From Octopus bimaculoides (taxonomy: Eukaryota): a DNA stretch of 64,000 nt. The stretch is from positions 30,801,735 to 30,865,734 of the forward strand of contig NC_068986.1 of NCBI RefSeq assembly GCF_001194135.2, written 5' to 3'. The position numbers and the translations under genes were made by a program. Within the stretch, counting starts at the first letter, position 1, and each line of letters starts with the position of its first letter. Positions 27,631 to 40,795 of the stretch are shown here, piece by piece. Below the pieces are notes generated by a model. That model did not search any database and was not told where the DNA came from. It was given only the letters and a program-made list of their open reading frames with translations.

Positions 27631-27928
27631 CTGGTTTTACCATCTGGATAGGTTTGAACTCAGCACTGAAATATAATGAAACAGTTGTTAATCAGCATAG
27701 TAATACTTTGTACTTCAGTGAATTATATCTACTCACAGTATCTATTTGTTGTTATATCCTATTTTAGTGCATTTTTTTATGAGCATTAAAATATGATTTA
27801 ATCTCCCTTTGTCCAGCAAGCCTGCATTTTATCAGTTTTTGTCATTTAATTTGTTTTTGTTTTTGTGAATTAATGTCATTAAATTCTTAGTTGATTTTAA
27901 AAAGCCATTTCGTTGAAAATGAACTGAA

Positions 27929-28318
27929 ATCATCTTCATCATCATTATCCACTTTCCCATGCTTGCATGGATGAGAAGGCATTTGTTTTGATAGATTTTC
28001 TCTAGCTGGATGCCCTTGTTGCCAACTGTCACCTTTCTCCAAGTAAGGTAACATTTCCCCATGGTCAGACATGTTTTCATAGAAAGACTGGAAATAAAAG
28101 ACACTGCATTGCATGAAAGTGACGCTCATTTATGACAGCCATGCAATGTTAAGATGAAGCCCCCCCCCCCAACTTTTTTTTACTTTCCATCTACCAAACC
28201 CCCCTACAAAGGTTTGGTTGGTCCAGCGCTATAATCAAAGACACTTGTCTAATGCAATAGGACTGAACATAAAACCATGTGATTGGGAAGCAAACTTCTT
28301 AACCATGCAGCAATGCCT
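27929..28318 (-). mobile_element. Family A-head SINE with RTE-derived tail
   Basis: Plus strand runs from atcatcattatccactttcccatgcttgcatgga (reverse of the RTE-like tail) to ttccatctaccaaacc...aagacacttg...aaccatgtgattgggaagcaaacttcttaaccatgcagc (reverse of the head). Colinear with 44185-44669. Confidence 0.75.
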
Positions 28319-28945
28319 AAACATAGACTTAATTTTCTGATCAATTATTTCTGACATGAGATATTTCTTTTACCATAGCTTTTTATTTAAAGAAACCTTC
28401 TGTTTTGAATCTGGCGATAACATAGTTGCAATTTATGCATATTGTGTTTCTTTGATTTTGATTAGAAGCTAAACTAATCGCTCTATTTGTAAACATTGCC
28501 GCCGCTTTGATTTGATTGGGACATATTGATTATATGCTTGTTTCTTTTGTTGCACAACTCAGATTAAAGAGCTCTTAACTTTTATTTCTCATCTCACCTT
28601 GGCATTATTTTTAGCTTTTTTTTTGTTTTTTTTTTAGCCATGGGGTGGGTTTTAACCTACTTTGCAATTCTTCAGATTTACTCATGCCTCTACAAGTGTT
28701 AAGTAATTCAGGCAGTTATTCTCTCTTAACAACAGGTGGAAAAAAAAAAAAAACAAGACAAAAATACTATTTACTCATTTTTATTAGACTGTTACTTTTG
28801 AAACTGAAACATAAAAAAAAAAAAAAATCATGAACTTTAGAAAAAAAATTTTTTATTTATATATTTGGGAATGTATGATTGGGGCAGTTGTTTGTAACTG
28901 TCACGTGATGCCCTTGACAAGGAGACACTAGCACTCTCCCTCTCT

Positions 28946-28991
<46 letters not shown>

Positions 28992-29252
28992 CAAAATATT
29001 CTTTCAGTGTTTGTACACCAAATCCTCTCATGAGGGTTTGGTCAGTCTGAGGTTGTAGTAGAAAACACTTGGCCTAGGTGTCTTGCAAGTTACTTGGTAA
29101 CCTCACTAGTACCAGTGTCATGAAAAAAAGCCCAGAGCATTAGGAAGGGCATTCAGCTGTAGAAACCATTCCAAAATAGACACTGGAGCTTGACAGGCTC
29201 ATTGGATCCTGTAGAACTGTCCAATCCATGCCAGCGTGGAAGACGGAAGACA

Positions 29253-29466
29253 TTAACCCTTTAGAATTTAAACCAGCCATATTCGGCCCAAATATTCTAT
29301 TTGTTTCATGTTCAAATCTGGCCTCTCACACCTATCCTACAATTTCATTCTGGAAATAAACAATCAATCATCAAAATCTCAAAACTACAAGATAATGCAT
29401 GATTCAAAACATTATGAATAAATAAGCATTACATTTGACAAAATAATTTGAATGCTAAAGGGTTCA
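29253..29466 (+). mobile_element. piggyBac-like MITE inserted in an RTE 3' tail
   Basis: Termini ttaa-ccctttagaattt and tttgaatgctaaaggg-ttca are imperfect TIRs with CCC/GGG ends and TTAA-type flanks. Confidence 0.8.
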
Positions 29467-30464
29467 ATGATGATGATAGTGATGATTGGGAATATGAAAT
29501 ATTTCACTTTTAGAATTTTTGAAGAGTTCTATCACTTTTGAAATGAGATAATTTTGAAATTTTATACTATGGCATTAGATTTCTCCCCACCCCCAATATA
29601 TTTCCCCTCTAAATTTCATTCTTTCAAACTTGTGTTGGAGCAGTTTTTAACTGTTGTTGGAAATTTGGATATTTACATTTTGTTGAGACAGTTATTTCAA
29701 AACTTTGATGGCCTTCCTTTAGCTAACCATCCACCAGAGAAGAATGAGCCCTTATAGTTTTCAGTCATGCAGACTAAGGCAGTTAGTTATGTACCTTGGC
29801 AGAGGACACAATACAAGTAGTAGTAACATTTGAATGTATAATCATCAGGTTGTTGTTCATCATCTTAACCCTGTCATGTTGTATTCCTGCTACAATGGGA
29901 TTAGACTAAACATCTCTGCCAGATTCCCAGTAAAGTGGTGATGACCATCACACATAGCAAAAGATGCGGCTGATTCTGTCCATTATTTTGCTTGCAATCA
30001 TTACCCTTGAGCTGTACATGCATCAATTTTTTTTTTTTTCTTGGGAAGCTTAAACTGAGAGGATTAAACCTAAAGGTTTTGGAAACTATTTCTTTAATCC
30101 TTGGGAGACCAGGTCTGAGAGAGTTCAACTCAGAGCTTTAGGAAACTTGTCTCTTTAATCCACTCCTGTTGTGGCTTATATTTAAGTGTATTATACTCAC
30201 TGTAAAATAAGCTTTTTTAAAATTTTATTCAAATATGGTACTCTTTATTTTTTCTTCTTCCTGGGCTTGATGAAGCAAGGGGGGATGCCTATGACCTTTA
30301 TTGGTCCTCTGAGACGGATAAATGGTGTTGATGTTCTACTTAAAACTATTGTAAGTCAGCACCTACAAGAAAGATCTGAACACGGAGTTAACTCAGTTTT
30401 TCTGTGATAAACATTAAAGTGATCATTTTACTGATTAGTTTTTCACATTCTTCCTTATCTTATA

Positions 30465-31422
30465 GTAGTAAGAGTTTGGAGAGCAAAAAAAAAAAAAAGT
30501 TTTGGATATTTATTATACTTTGTCAGAAGTAAGATTAATCTATTTTAACTTATTTATTATATGTGGCAGTAGAGGCGCAATGGCCCAGTGGTTAGGGCAG
30601 CGGACTCGCGGTCATAGGATTGCGGTTTCGATTCCCAGACCGGGCGTTGTGAGTGCTTATTGAGCGAAAACACCTGAAGCTCCACGAGGCTCTGGCAGGG
30701 GATGGTGGCGAACCCTGCTGTACTCTTTCAGCACAACTTTCTCTCACTCTTTTTTCCTGTTTCTGTTGTGCCTGTAATTCAAAGGGTCAGCCCTGTCACA
30801 CTGTGTCACGCTGAATATCCCCGAGAACTATGTTAAGGGTACACGTGTCTGTGGAGTGCTCAGCCACTTGCATGTGAATTTCATGAGCAGGCTGTTCCGT
30901 TGATCGGATCAACTGGAACCCTCAACGTCGTAAGCGATNNNNNNNNNNGTAGTAAGAGTTTGGAGAGCAAAAAAAAAAAAAAGTTTTGGATATTTATTAT
31001 ACTTTGTCAGAAGTAAGATTAATCTATTTTAACTTATTTATTATATGTGGCAGTAGAGGCGCAATGGCCCAGTGGTTAGGGCAGCGGACTCGCGGTCATA
31101 GGATTGCGGTTTCGATTCCCAGACCGGGCGTTGTGAGTGCTTATTGAGCGAAAACACCTGAAGCTCCACGAGGCTCTGGCAGGGGATGGTGGCGAACCCT
31201 GCTGTACTCTTTCAGCACAACTTTCTCTCACTCTTTTTTCCTGTTTCTGTTGTGCCTGTAATTCAAAGGGTCAGCCCTGTCACACTGTGTCACGCTGAAT
31301 ATCCCCGAGAACTATGTTAAGGGTACACGTGTCTGTGGAGTGCTCAGCCACTTGCATGTGAATTTCATGAGCAGGCTGTTCCGTTGATCGGATCAACTGG
31401 AACCCTCAACGTCGTAAGCGAT
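30465..31422. other. 474-bp direct duplication on either side of a 10-N gap (probable assembly artefact)
   Basis: 30465-30938 and 30949-31422 read identically, including unique flanking sequence, and are separated only by N10. Confidence 0.85.
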
Positions 31423-31436
31423 GGAGTGCCAACAAC
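31053..31436 (+). mobile_element. Full-length tRNA-derived SINE, family C (~385 bp, (CAA)n tail), with TSD
   Basis: Head gtagaggcgcaatggcccagtggttagggcagcgg...ggtttcgattccc has A/B boxes; ends ggagtgccaacaac. Flanking direct repeat attatatgtggca (31040-31052) / attatatgtgcca (31437-31449). The copy at 30569-30938 belongs to the gap duplication. Confidence 0.88.
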
Positions 31437-31777
31437 ATTATATGTGCCAATGGATTCACTAATATATTCACCATAGTGAATTTAATTTGACACATTGTGA
31501 GCATTCTAATTTCTAAGAGCTCTACATTAGAAGTTCTAGTCATGTTAATGGTTTGATGTATCTTTGTATCTTAGTCTTGTGATTTTAAAGCAGTTTCTTC
31601 ATCTGTATCAGATATTTTAATGCAGTGACTAATGTATATTAAGATTTTCAGTGAACAGTCTTTTGGTAAAATTTTGAATTCTAATTGAAATTAACTGCAT
31701 CACTAACTTCTGTTATGTTCTTCAGAAAGAAATATTAACACAACTTTTTTCCTTTTTTGCATCCAATAAATTTGAGA

Positions 31778-31780
<3 letters not shown>

Positions 31781-31829
<49 letters not shown>
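31781..31829 (+). repeat. (TTA)n microsatellite
   Basis: About 16 uninterrupted tta units. Confidence 0.95.
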
Positions 31830-31830
<1 letters not shown>

Positions 31831-32244
31831 GTTTTTCATAGGAAAATAATTATGCTTTGTATTCCTTTACATGCAGATTGTGGAGAGTTTAGCTTTTACA
31901 ATAACAAAATCATGGTATCTTGTCATNNNNNNNNNNNNNNNCACTTATTTAGGGGTGGGGGTATTATTGAAAGAGAAAATTTTCTTGTAAAATTTCTTAA
32001 CATTCTAGGATTCAAAATGTTAGCCAAAATAATTATAAATGTATAAAATATGTATAAAATGTATATATATAAAAAAATTACATGTAATATAAGTTACATT
32101 TTAGATAAAAGGAACATTATTTCAAGCGAGGTAAAATGAATTTCACATCAACAAAATAATGTGATTTTCTAAAAAGGTGCTTAACAGTATGCCCATCTTC
32201 TGTTCAGAATCCAACTGAAAGCATAATTTTTTAGAAACTTTGTT

Positions 32245-32281
<37 letters not shown>

Positions 32282-34096
32282 CACGCACGCACGCACGCAC
32301 ACACGCACACACTGGGAAAATTGTCTGAATCTGAAAGCTTTCGTTTTTTTCTAAATATTTTAATGCTTTTCTGAAAAATCTTTCATCTGAAATGAGACAG
32401 TATAAGCTGACAGTTTGTGCAAAAAGAATTTCAATTTCTTGTTTGTTTTTGTCAACTAACTTTCAACTTTAGATGCCAGTCTTTATATATTTCTGTTTAT
32501 AATAAAGTGAGGTTCTGAAGAACTTTAACATTGCTCTATAAGAATTATGATTTTACTGATTTACTTACCAAGAGTTTTTGAATTATTTAACTTGAAAAAA
32601 TATCAAGATCTCTGTATTTATTTCTTTCATGTTCTAAGTTCAGTTGGTCAGTGTTTACAAATAGGAAGTTGTCAAGAACATATGATTAGAAACTGATTTC
32701 GTTTAAAACTATGAGCATTTTCAATGTTAAAGGGAATCTTTGATTTTGGTAAACTCAGTCGTCTGAGGTTACCATTCTCATATTTTCAATTCTCTGTCAC
32801 CTCAGCTCAACGACTATGCTATGTATTTGTGTGTAGATATTGGATACATGACTGGGTAAAGACTACTTTTAACTGTTTATAATTGCTCTCTCTCTCTCTC
32901 TCTCTCTCTAAATATCAGCAGCAGCATTATTTAACATCCATTTTTCATTAAGCCAAGGGATTGTGCCAAGCTCTATTGTTTGTTTTGGCTTAGTTTCTAT
33001 GGCTGGATGCCCTAAACTTCTTGCTGTCAATTCACCTAAGGTATAGCTCTGACAAAGCAGACTTATAATCCAAAGGTTTTACAGCTGTTGCCTCATTTTA
33101 TGTATCAATATATTGATTCTCCTAAGAGAATTTAGCAAACATGGAGATAGCTATGTCGAGGAGTTTGGATGAAACAGAAACATGTTCAAAGTAATCACTC
33201 AAACTTTCCAAAATCAAATTGAAATAATGTTCTCATGACTGAGCTCATGTTTTCTTTAATTAATGTTTTAATTACTTCTAATTTTTTTTTCTCATTACAT
33301 TAGATATTATGGCACTAACTGGACTATTACTCTATCTAAGACTGCTTTAACTAGTATATGTTTTTATGGAGAGTGTGGCAAGAAGAGGAGCAGGATTTAT
33401 TTTGTCATTTCCAGCAGGTAGAGAAACTGCATTGAATGAATATCGAATATCCTCTTGAAGTGTTTTCACTAGTACTGGTGGGACAAAATAAAAAAAAAAA
33501 AGGGAAAAAAAAACTTTCAGTTAATCATCTGAGAATTGGAGGAAAATATAAAATAATTACAATATTGATTATTCAAGAATATTACCAATCAAGTTGAGAG
33601 TTGATCTTATTTATTATTTAAATATTTCATCATAATAAAACACAATTGCATCTTTCTTTCTAATGAAGACTTTTAATGATATCAAACTTGTGTTTGGTAT
33701 TATGTGCGTGCGTGTGTGTGTGGTGTGGTGTGGTGTGGTGGGGTGGGTGGGTGTGTTTAGATACATTTTGTGTGTGGGTGTGTTTGGCATATTGTGTGTG
33801 GTCATTAGGCTTCAATTATGAACTTCTGAAATGTCTTGCTTTTGAGCGAGTTAACTAAATTTGTGTGTTGTGGATAAATCAACTGTTCCTAGATGACTGA
33901 ATTAATATATTGTCACGTAGTCTAGTGCCCCTCTGTCTGGTTAGTAATAGGAACCTATTGTCAAACTACAATAGCTTTTAAGTTCTGCATCAATTTGGTT
34001 ATTAATGTTCTACATCACATTCACAACAACTGGGGCATTGACTTAGCTTTCAGATTCTAAAAGTTTACAAGGTCAATATTTACAATATTGAATTTG

Positions 34097-34133
<37 letters not shown>

Positions 34134-34334
34134 TGGTTCCTATTCCAGAGAACAATATCTATTTATTGTTGTTTGCAATTAATAGCCATTTTTCTTTGCA
34201 TAGTTCATCTCTCTCTCTCTCTCCTTTTTTTTATGACTCCCCAGGTCAACCCTGATCAAACACTCATAATGGAAGACATTCCCAATGAAGCCTTTCCCAT
34301 TTTTTTTTCTTTTTTGGCATGCACACACACACAC

Positions 34335-34541
34335 ACATACACATGTGATGGTCTTTTTTCTGTTTCGTCTACAAAATCTACTCAAAAGTCGATGGGCTTC
34401 TTTCAGTTTCCATCTACCAAATCCACTCACAAGGTTTTGGTTGGCCCGAGGCTATAGTAGAAGACAATTGCCCAGGGTGCCACGCAGTGGGACTGAACCC
34501 GGAACCCTGTGGTTCATAAGCAAGCTACTTACCACACAGCC
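34335..34541 (-). mobile_element. Family A SINE head half
   Basis: gatgggcttctttcagtttccatctaccaaatccactcacaagg...cacgcagtgggactgaacccggaacc...cttaccacacagcc. Confidence 0.85.
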
Positions 34542-34548
34542 TGAACAT

Positions 34549-35151
34549 CTTGAGAGAAAAGCTGAACATTAGAAGCATCAGTTGTGGTGTGCAAGAGAGA
34601 CGATTGCGCTGGTATGGACATGTGGTGAGAATGGATGAGGATAGCTGCGTGAAAAAGTGCCACACCCTAACAGTTGAGGGAACCCGTGGAAGAGGTAGGC
34701 CCAGGAAGACCTGGGCTGAGGTGGTGAGGCAAGACCTTCGTACATTGGGCCTCACCGAGGCGATGACTNNNNNNNNNNNNNNNNNNNNNNNNNNNNNNNN
34801 NNNNNNNNNNNNNNNNNNNNNNNNNNNNNNNNNNNNNNNNNNNNNNNNNNNNNNNNNNNNNNNNNNNNNNNNNNNNNNNNNNNNNNNNNNNNNNNNNNNN
34901 NNNNNNNNNNNNNNNNNNGGCACATAAAAGACACCATTTCGAGCGTGGCCGTTTTTGTGCGGGTGACACGTAAAAGCACCCACTACACTCTTTGAGTGGT
35001 TGGCGTTAGGAAGGGCATCCAGCTGTAGAAACTCTGCCAAATTAGATTGGAGCCTGGTGTTGCCATCCGGTTTCACCAGTCCTCAGTCAAATCGTCCAAC
35101 CCATGCTAGCATGGAAAGCGGACGTTAAACGATGATGATGATGATGATGAT
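34549..35151 (+). mobile_element. Young 5'-truncated RTE LINE: ORF2 C-terminus, gap, 3' UTR, (GAT)n tail
   Basis: Stop-free LREKLNIRSISCGVQERRLRWYGHVVRMDEDSCVKKCHTLTVEGTRGRGRPRKTWAEVVRQDLRTLGLTEAMT up to the N-gap; ends ggacgttaaacgatgatgatgatgatgatg. Confidence 0.92.
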
Positions 35152-38115
35152 AGACACACACACATATATATCTTCATCATTTTGAAAAAAGTGAAATGGG
35201 TAAGAATATTAGGAATAATGAGTCATCTACTGATTTATAATTCTACCAAATTTTACCAACAAATACATAAACCCTGGCTGGATTCCATATTATGTCAGAA
35301 GGCTTGTGACCAGGTATAATTGTTGGTTGTCACTATAAATGTTAGTAGTCATAGTTAAAATTATTTGTCCTTGCTGTTGTCCCAAACGTCTGCAGTATTT
35401 AACAGAATTCACTGTCACTATACTTGTTAGTTCTGTTCTGAATGATGGCTCGCTTGGCCAAAATTCAGTTTAGATGTTAATTGACTATAATTATTGTGGT
35501 GTTGCCAAGTCGTGATGATTCTTGTAGCCAAAATGGTATTGAACACATAGATGTTGTTTAATTTTGTTTCCTCCTCAACCAATATAGGAAGGTGTCCTTG
35601 TTTTAAGGTATGAACTGGTTGAGGTATCTCTATATCTGAATACAGTTTCTAGGCANNNNNNNNNNAATATTTAATTCTAACATAGGAAAATAATACAATC
35701 CATGTTAAGCTGTTTGCTCTTACTCTACAGCTTGGATCAGTGAGAGCTTCACCATGAACAGGGTACCCTCACATAGAGAAATTCAAATACTGAACATCCA
35801 GACTGGCTTGCTAATTATTTTATAGGCTTGTCCAGCTGTTGTAACTCTCTGCCCTATTGTTTACTAAGACTGTTGCTGTGATTCTCATTAACTGTTCTTT
35901 TGTTAGAGTTGGTCATTGGGAAATATTTAGCTAAGCAGCTCCCCACTTTTAAAAAGAAAAGAAGAAAATAAAAACACTTGGACTTATTGCTTAACTCCCC
36001 ATCTCTTTCTGTTATATCTTTCATTAGTAAGAGTAGGTGTGTGCATGCACGTGCATACACACCCTCTCTTTTTTTCTTTATATTAGTTAGAACAGGTTAC
36101 TTACTCTGTGTCACACATGTGTGCATGCATACCATTTACTTTCACACATTACTCATTCTTGAAACAAATTTAATGAAACAAAAAGAAATTCTGTGATTGC
36201 TTCGTGAGTGTGGATCATACTGAAACAGTGATTCTGTTATTGCCTGTGATACTACCATGTTGTGTAGCAATCCTATTAATGTAGATTGCAGTAATTGAGG
36301 TACTGAAATATTATTAAAAAAAATCAAACTATGCAGTATTATAATACACTTCCTTTCATTAACTTCTGTGTCATTAATGTTGAACCAGTACTAGACAAGT
36401 CTTTTGCTTGGTTGAGGATGTTTTGTATTTATATCTTGTTTGCATGGGTTGAACATGTTTTAACAATATATATTGGTGGAAAATTGTGTGTGTGTGCATG
36501 TGGTTGCTATTAACTGTCATATGTCCAAATTAGGTCAAATACGTTTTTCTCAATATTTAATTTTGCTTGGAATAGTTGTTTTGTTTTTTTTTGTCAAACT
36601 ATTGTATCTCCAGCTGCTTCAGATGCCAAGATATGAAAATTGTCAAAATATCGTACAATGGCCTGGCATTTTCCAAAAGTGTAGAAAGTCCTACATGCTA
36701 CAGTTTTGCAAAAATATTTCTGACTGAAAATATCATACATGCATGGAGTTACTATTTTATGCACCCAACAAACTATAATTGTTATGAAACTGTTGCTAAT
36801 GTAAAAAGAAACGAAATGGTGAAACTATTTTTTTCATTTTCTGAAAAAGCAACGTTTTGGACTTACAACACTTTTGCATAATAGCAACAATATATTACTT
36901 GTTTCAATCATAGGACTGGCTATGCTGGGGTACCCCTCAAACAGTTTGCTAGAACAAATTCAGTACTTACTTTTTAAGTCTGACACTTACTCTTTCAGTC
37001 TTTTTTACGGAACTGCTAAGTTACAAAGACATAAACAAACAAACACTGGTTGTGAAGGGGTAAGCTGGAGGGAACACAAAGACACAAACACATACACATA
37101 TATATATATACAACAAGCAGTTGTCAATTATACAATGTCGTAGCTACTTATAGAATCTCTTTGATCCTATGCTACCTTTATGCAGCTAAGTAGGTCATTG
37201 GCAGTTAAATACCTTAGTCAGAGGCACATTTCAGCCCTGGTAACTGGATATGGAGTGCTAGCCCCTTTGGTGGTTATCTTGTAGGCACTATCAAGTCATT
37301 ATTATCATTGTCTGTTTTTCCATGCTAGCATGGGTTGAATGAGTCTGCCTCATTTCTCTATCACCTGACTCACACAATAAAGGAGATTAGCAATCCCCAT
37401 TGCTGTGTATGACTTTTGTTTTCCCTTTTGGCTTTGTTTTTATGGCTGGATGCTTTTCTCATCATCAACCATTTTTACAGAATGGATTGGGTGCATTTTA
37501 TACCACTGACATGAAAAAGGTTCTCTGCCATAACAACTCAGCCATTGCATATAAATTAATTTTTATTCTGTTCTACATAAAACAAGTTGATTGAGTGCAG
37601 CGGTAAAATTTCCAAATTATTGCTTGATAATATTGCATTCAGAACCTATTGACTTATGCATCGTATTTTGTGTAAGTCTTTTGCATTTTTTAATAAGCTT
37701 TCATATTTCATCTCTATGTATGAACGTGTCTGTGAGTACAGTTCGAAACACTGTCAGAACACATCATACAACATTTACTGTATAAAAGTTTTCCTGCATT
37801 TATTTGTTTGTAATTGTAATGCTGTTAATAGTAAAAGCATTATGGAGGAAAGTAAAAAGTAATTATCTCATTACATATCAGTTTGATTGATTAGTAATGG
37901 TTTGTAATTTACTATTATTTTGTTATTATATTTGATGAAATATTTTATAAATATTTTTTACAGACAATTCATAACAGATAATTTACGATATTAAAAACTT
38001 ATTTCTAATTGTTACTGCAATGTATGTTTTTGTTCATCAATTGTACATTATTTCAAAGAATAATTTATTTAATATGATTATTTTAAAAATAATAATGTAA
38101 TGTGATGTTTTTCAG

Positions 38116-38210
38116 GTATGGCACAAAAGTTGCTTCAAATGCGAAGTCTGTGGAATGACCTTAAATATGAAGAATTACAAGGGATATGACAAAAAACCTT
38201 TTTGTGTGGC
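38116..38210 (+). CDS. LASP1: Internal coding exon (equivalent to exon 2) of a LIM and SH3 domain protein (LASP family), LIM domain core
   Basis: Acceptor ttttcag at 38109-38115 and donor gtaagt at 38211. The 95 nt translate as [31 protein letters not shown]+GC, matching the LASP LIM pattern [29 protein letters not shown]. Confidence 0.95.
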
Positions 38211-38347
38211 GTAAGTATTCTATTCTATAACAAACATCTTTGCCCAGGTTTCCAATTTTATCATCCAGTTCCTCTTATTTGTAGAAGAGATAGTATGTCT
38301 TGCTAGGATATCTTACCCTTTTGGACATTTCCTTCTAACATATGATA

Positions 38348-38620
38348 TGGGTGCAGGTGTGGCTGTGTGGTAAGGAGTTTACTTCTTGATCACATGGTTC
38401 CGGGTTCAGTCCCACTGCATGGTACCTTCAATAAATTTCTCCTGCTATAGCTCTGGGCTGACCAAATCCTAATAAGTGATATGGTAGATAAAGGTTGACT
38501 TTGCCTTTCATCCTTTTGTGGTCAATAAATTAAGTACCAGTTGCTTACTGGGGTCGGTCTAATCGACTGGCTCCCTCCCCCAGAAATGTTGGGCCTTGTG
38601 CCTAGAGTAGAAAAGAATGT
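38348..38620 (+). mobile_element. Chimeric SINE: family A head joined to a family B-type body
   Basis: gggtgcaggtgtggctgtgtggtaagg...gatatggtagat, then aaaggttgactttgcctttcatccttttgtggtcaataaattaagtaccagttgcttactggggtcgg. Confidence 0.75.
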
Positions 38621-40755
38621 AAATAATGTTTACAAATAATTATTATCCTTAAAAATATTCCTTTCACTGTAATTTAATTTAAAACAAAATTTGTTCTTCA
38701 TTTGTGCTTTGTTAGTCAACTTTCAAATACATCTTTTATCAACATACCTGCCCCTTTTTTTTTCTTGAAGTCTGGTTTCTACTCATCTTGAATGCCTTTC
38801 GGATATAAACTACTATCGATCAGATGTTACCAATAGAACAGTCTTCATAGTGTTTTTTTTTTTTTTTGTGGTTTCTTGGCATTTAAAGAATCATAACTTT
38901 GTTTCTAAAAAAATACCTATCTTTTGGAAAAATTGGTAGCATTTCTTTAAAGCAAGTAGGATGATGGTATAAGAGTGAAAACAAATGTCCATTAAGTCTT
39001 GAGGGAATTTAATTGTTAGCTTTGGTCATAGTCATGTATTAAACAAATGAGATACATCCATTAAACAGATTAGATACCTTTCCCTCTGGATAAGATAAGA
39101 CACTATTCCAAGATGGTCTGATTCCTATTTCTAGCAGCTTGCTAAATGTTGGTGTGTTGAATTAAGAGTGCCTCTAACTTCACAAATTCTGCAGTAAATT
39201 TGAACTCAAAAGACTTATGAGTCAAAAGTGAACAGCATACCTGTGTATGTGCTGTTGTTACTGCATGACTATGTATATGTTGTTGTCAGTGTGTGATTAA
39301 GTTAAGTCTGGCAATGGTTTCATAATAAAATAGCTTTCAAATTCATGGCTGATGATGCTTAGAAGTGTTGAAGAAGAAAACTCATTCATTGAAAAATTCA
39401 AACTACTTCTGTTTTCTATTAGCTTTCCTATTACATTTGTTATCTGGATAAGTGTGGTATTAATTCAAAAGGTTGATTTTTACTCTTGTTCACTTGAGCC
39501 TGTCAATGTTTTGTTTCTTTTCTTTCATTTTGTTTTTCTTCATTTAGTTCTTTAGTAGAGAGCAAGATCTCTATCAAATATTAACTCAATATAAAATAAT
39601 GGTAGATTCTGCTTGTTTCATTTTATCTCTTTATTTACTGTTGGCATATTTGATTTCCACAGGGTTCAATAAATGAAAATGATGTGAAGAGCCCAGTCAT
39701 GTAGACAAGCTAAAATAGACTTTTATGTTCCTTCTGATTAGAATAATAATAAACTAATAGATATTTTATTTTTTGTATACATGTTTTTATGCATAGAAAT
39801 GAGATGTAGATTTGGATAGGAATTGTAAAAAAATAACAATGAAATACAGTGTACAATTTTTAGCAGTTGAACATTTGACAGTTAAACAATATTGCTGGGG
39901 TGAGGGGGAGGGGTGTGTGTGTGCAGCTTGTGATGATGCAAAGCATGCTATTTTGTGTTGTTTGTAATTTATTATGAGAAGATTTGAGAGCTCAGACAAA
40001 ACCGGTATAATCCATGACAGATTTCATTGTTTAAAGACAATGAAACTAAAATACTCAAAATAAATGAGCACTTGGACATGCAAGATACACCATTCATTTA
40101 CACAAGACCCAACCCACATAGTTCCTGTCACATGTAAAATTACCCTCAAATGTCCAAGCACATAACATCATAAGAACACTACTTTTCATTCACATAATTT
40201 AGACAAATGCAAAAATCACCATGCATAAAAATAATAACAGCATTAGTAATCTTGTTAATACTAATCACACCACCAGAAGTAAGTGCAGAAGAACAGTAGT
40301 AATTATTGTATTCCAACAAAGTTTATCTTCTCTGCCTCCACTTTGGCAGCCACTACATTATTCCTATTGTAAACCCAGGGGAATAGATTAGAGAGGAAAG
40401 AAAATACATGCCCAGACTGTCACACTGTCCTCCATATAATAAAGTATCTTTCCATGGGTTAGACTGTGTGTTATATAGGGCATTTGATCTGTGGATTATA
40501 TTTAGTTTAACCTACAGCCTATGAGCCAACAAGGGAGTCTGTACATCAGGGGCCAGGAAAGTGATCAGTATTGGCCTCTGGGGTCCTATGTGGCTCTCCA
40601 AGGGATTGATAAACACCTGAAATGATTTTGAAGTTTTAAATGTATTTGATTTTTATCAATATGACTGAATTTTTATTGTTCTTTATCAGTTTCAGTAAAT
40701 ATTTTTCATTAAATCTATTTTAAATTTACCTATTAAAAAGCAGTAATCACACAAG

Positions 40756-40795
<40 letters not shown>

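Noticed and set aside
30260-30350. Open stretch ending in a phase-0 gtaagt donor, as a possible alternative LASP first exon
   Set aside because: It encodes no CxxC, so it cannot complete the LIM domain; no supporting promoter or acceptor evidence.
30569-30640. tRNA-like sequences at the heads of families A, B and C
   Set aside because: They continue into SINE bodies with tails and TSDs and do not form full cloverleafs, so they are not called as tRNA genes.
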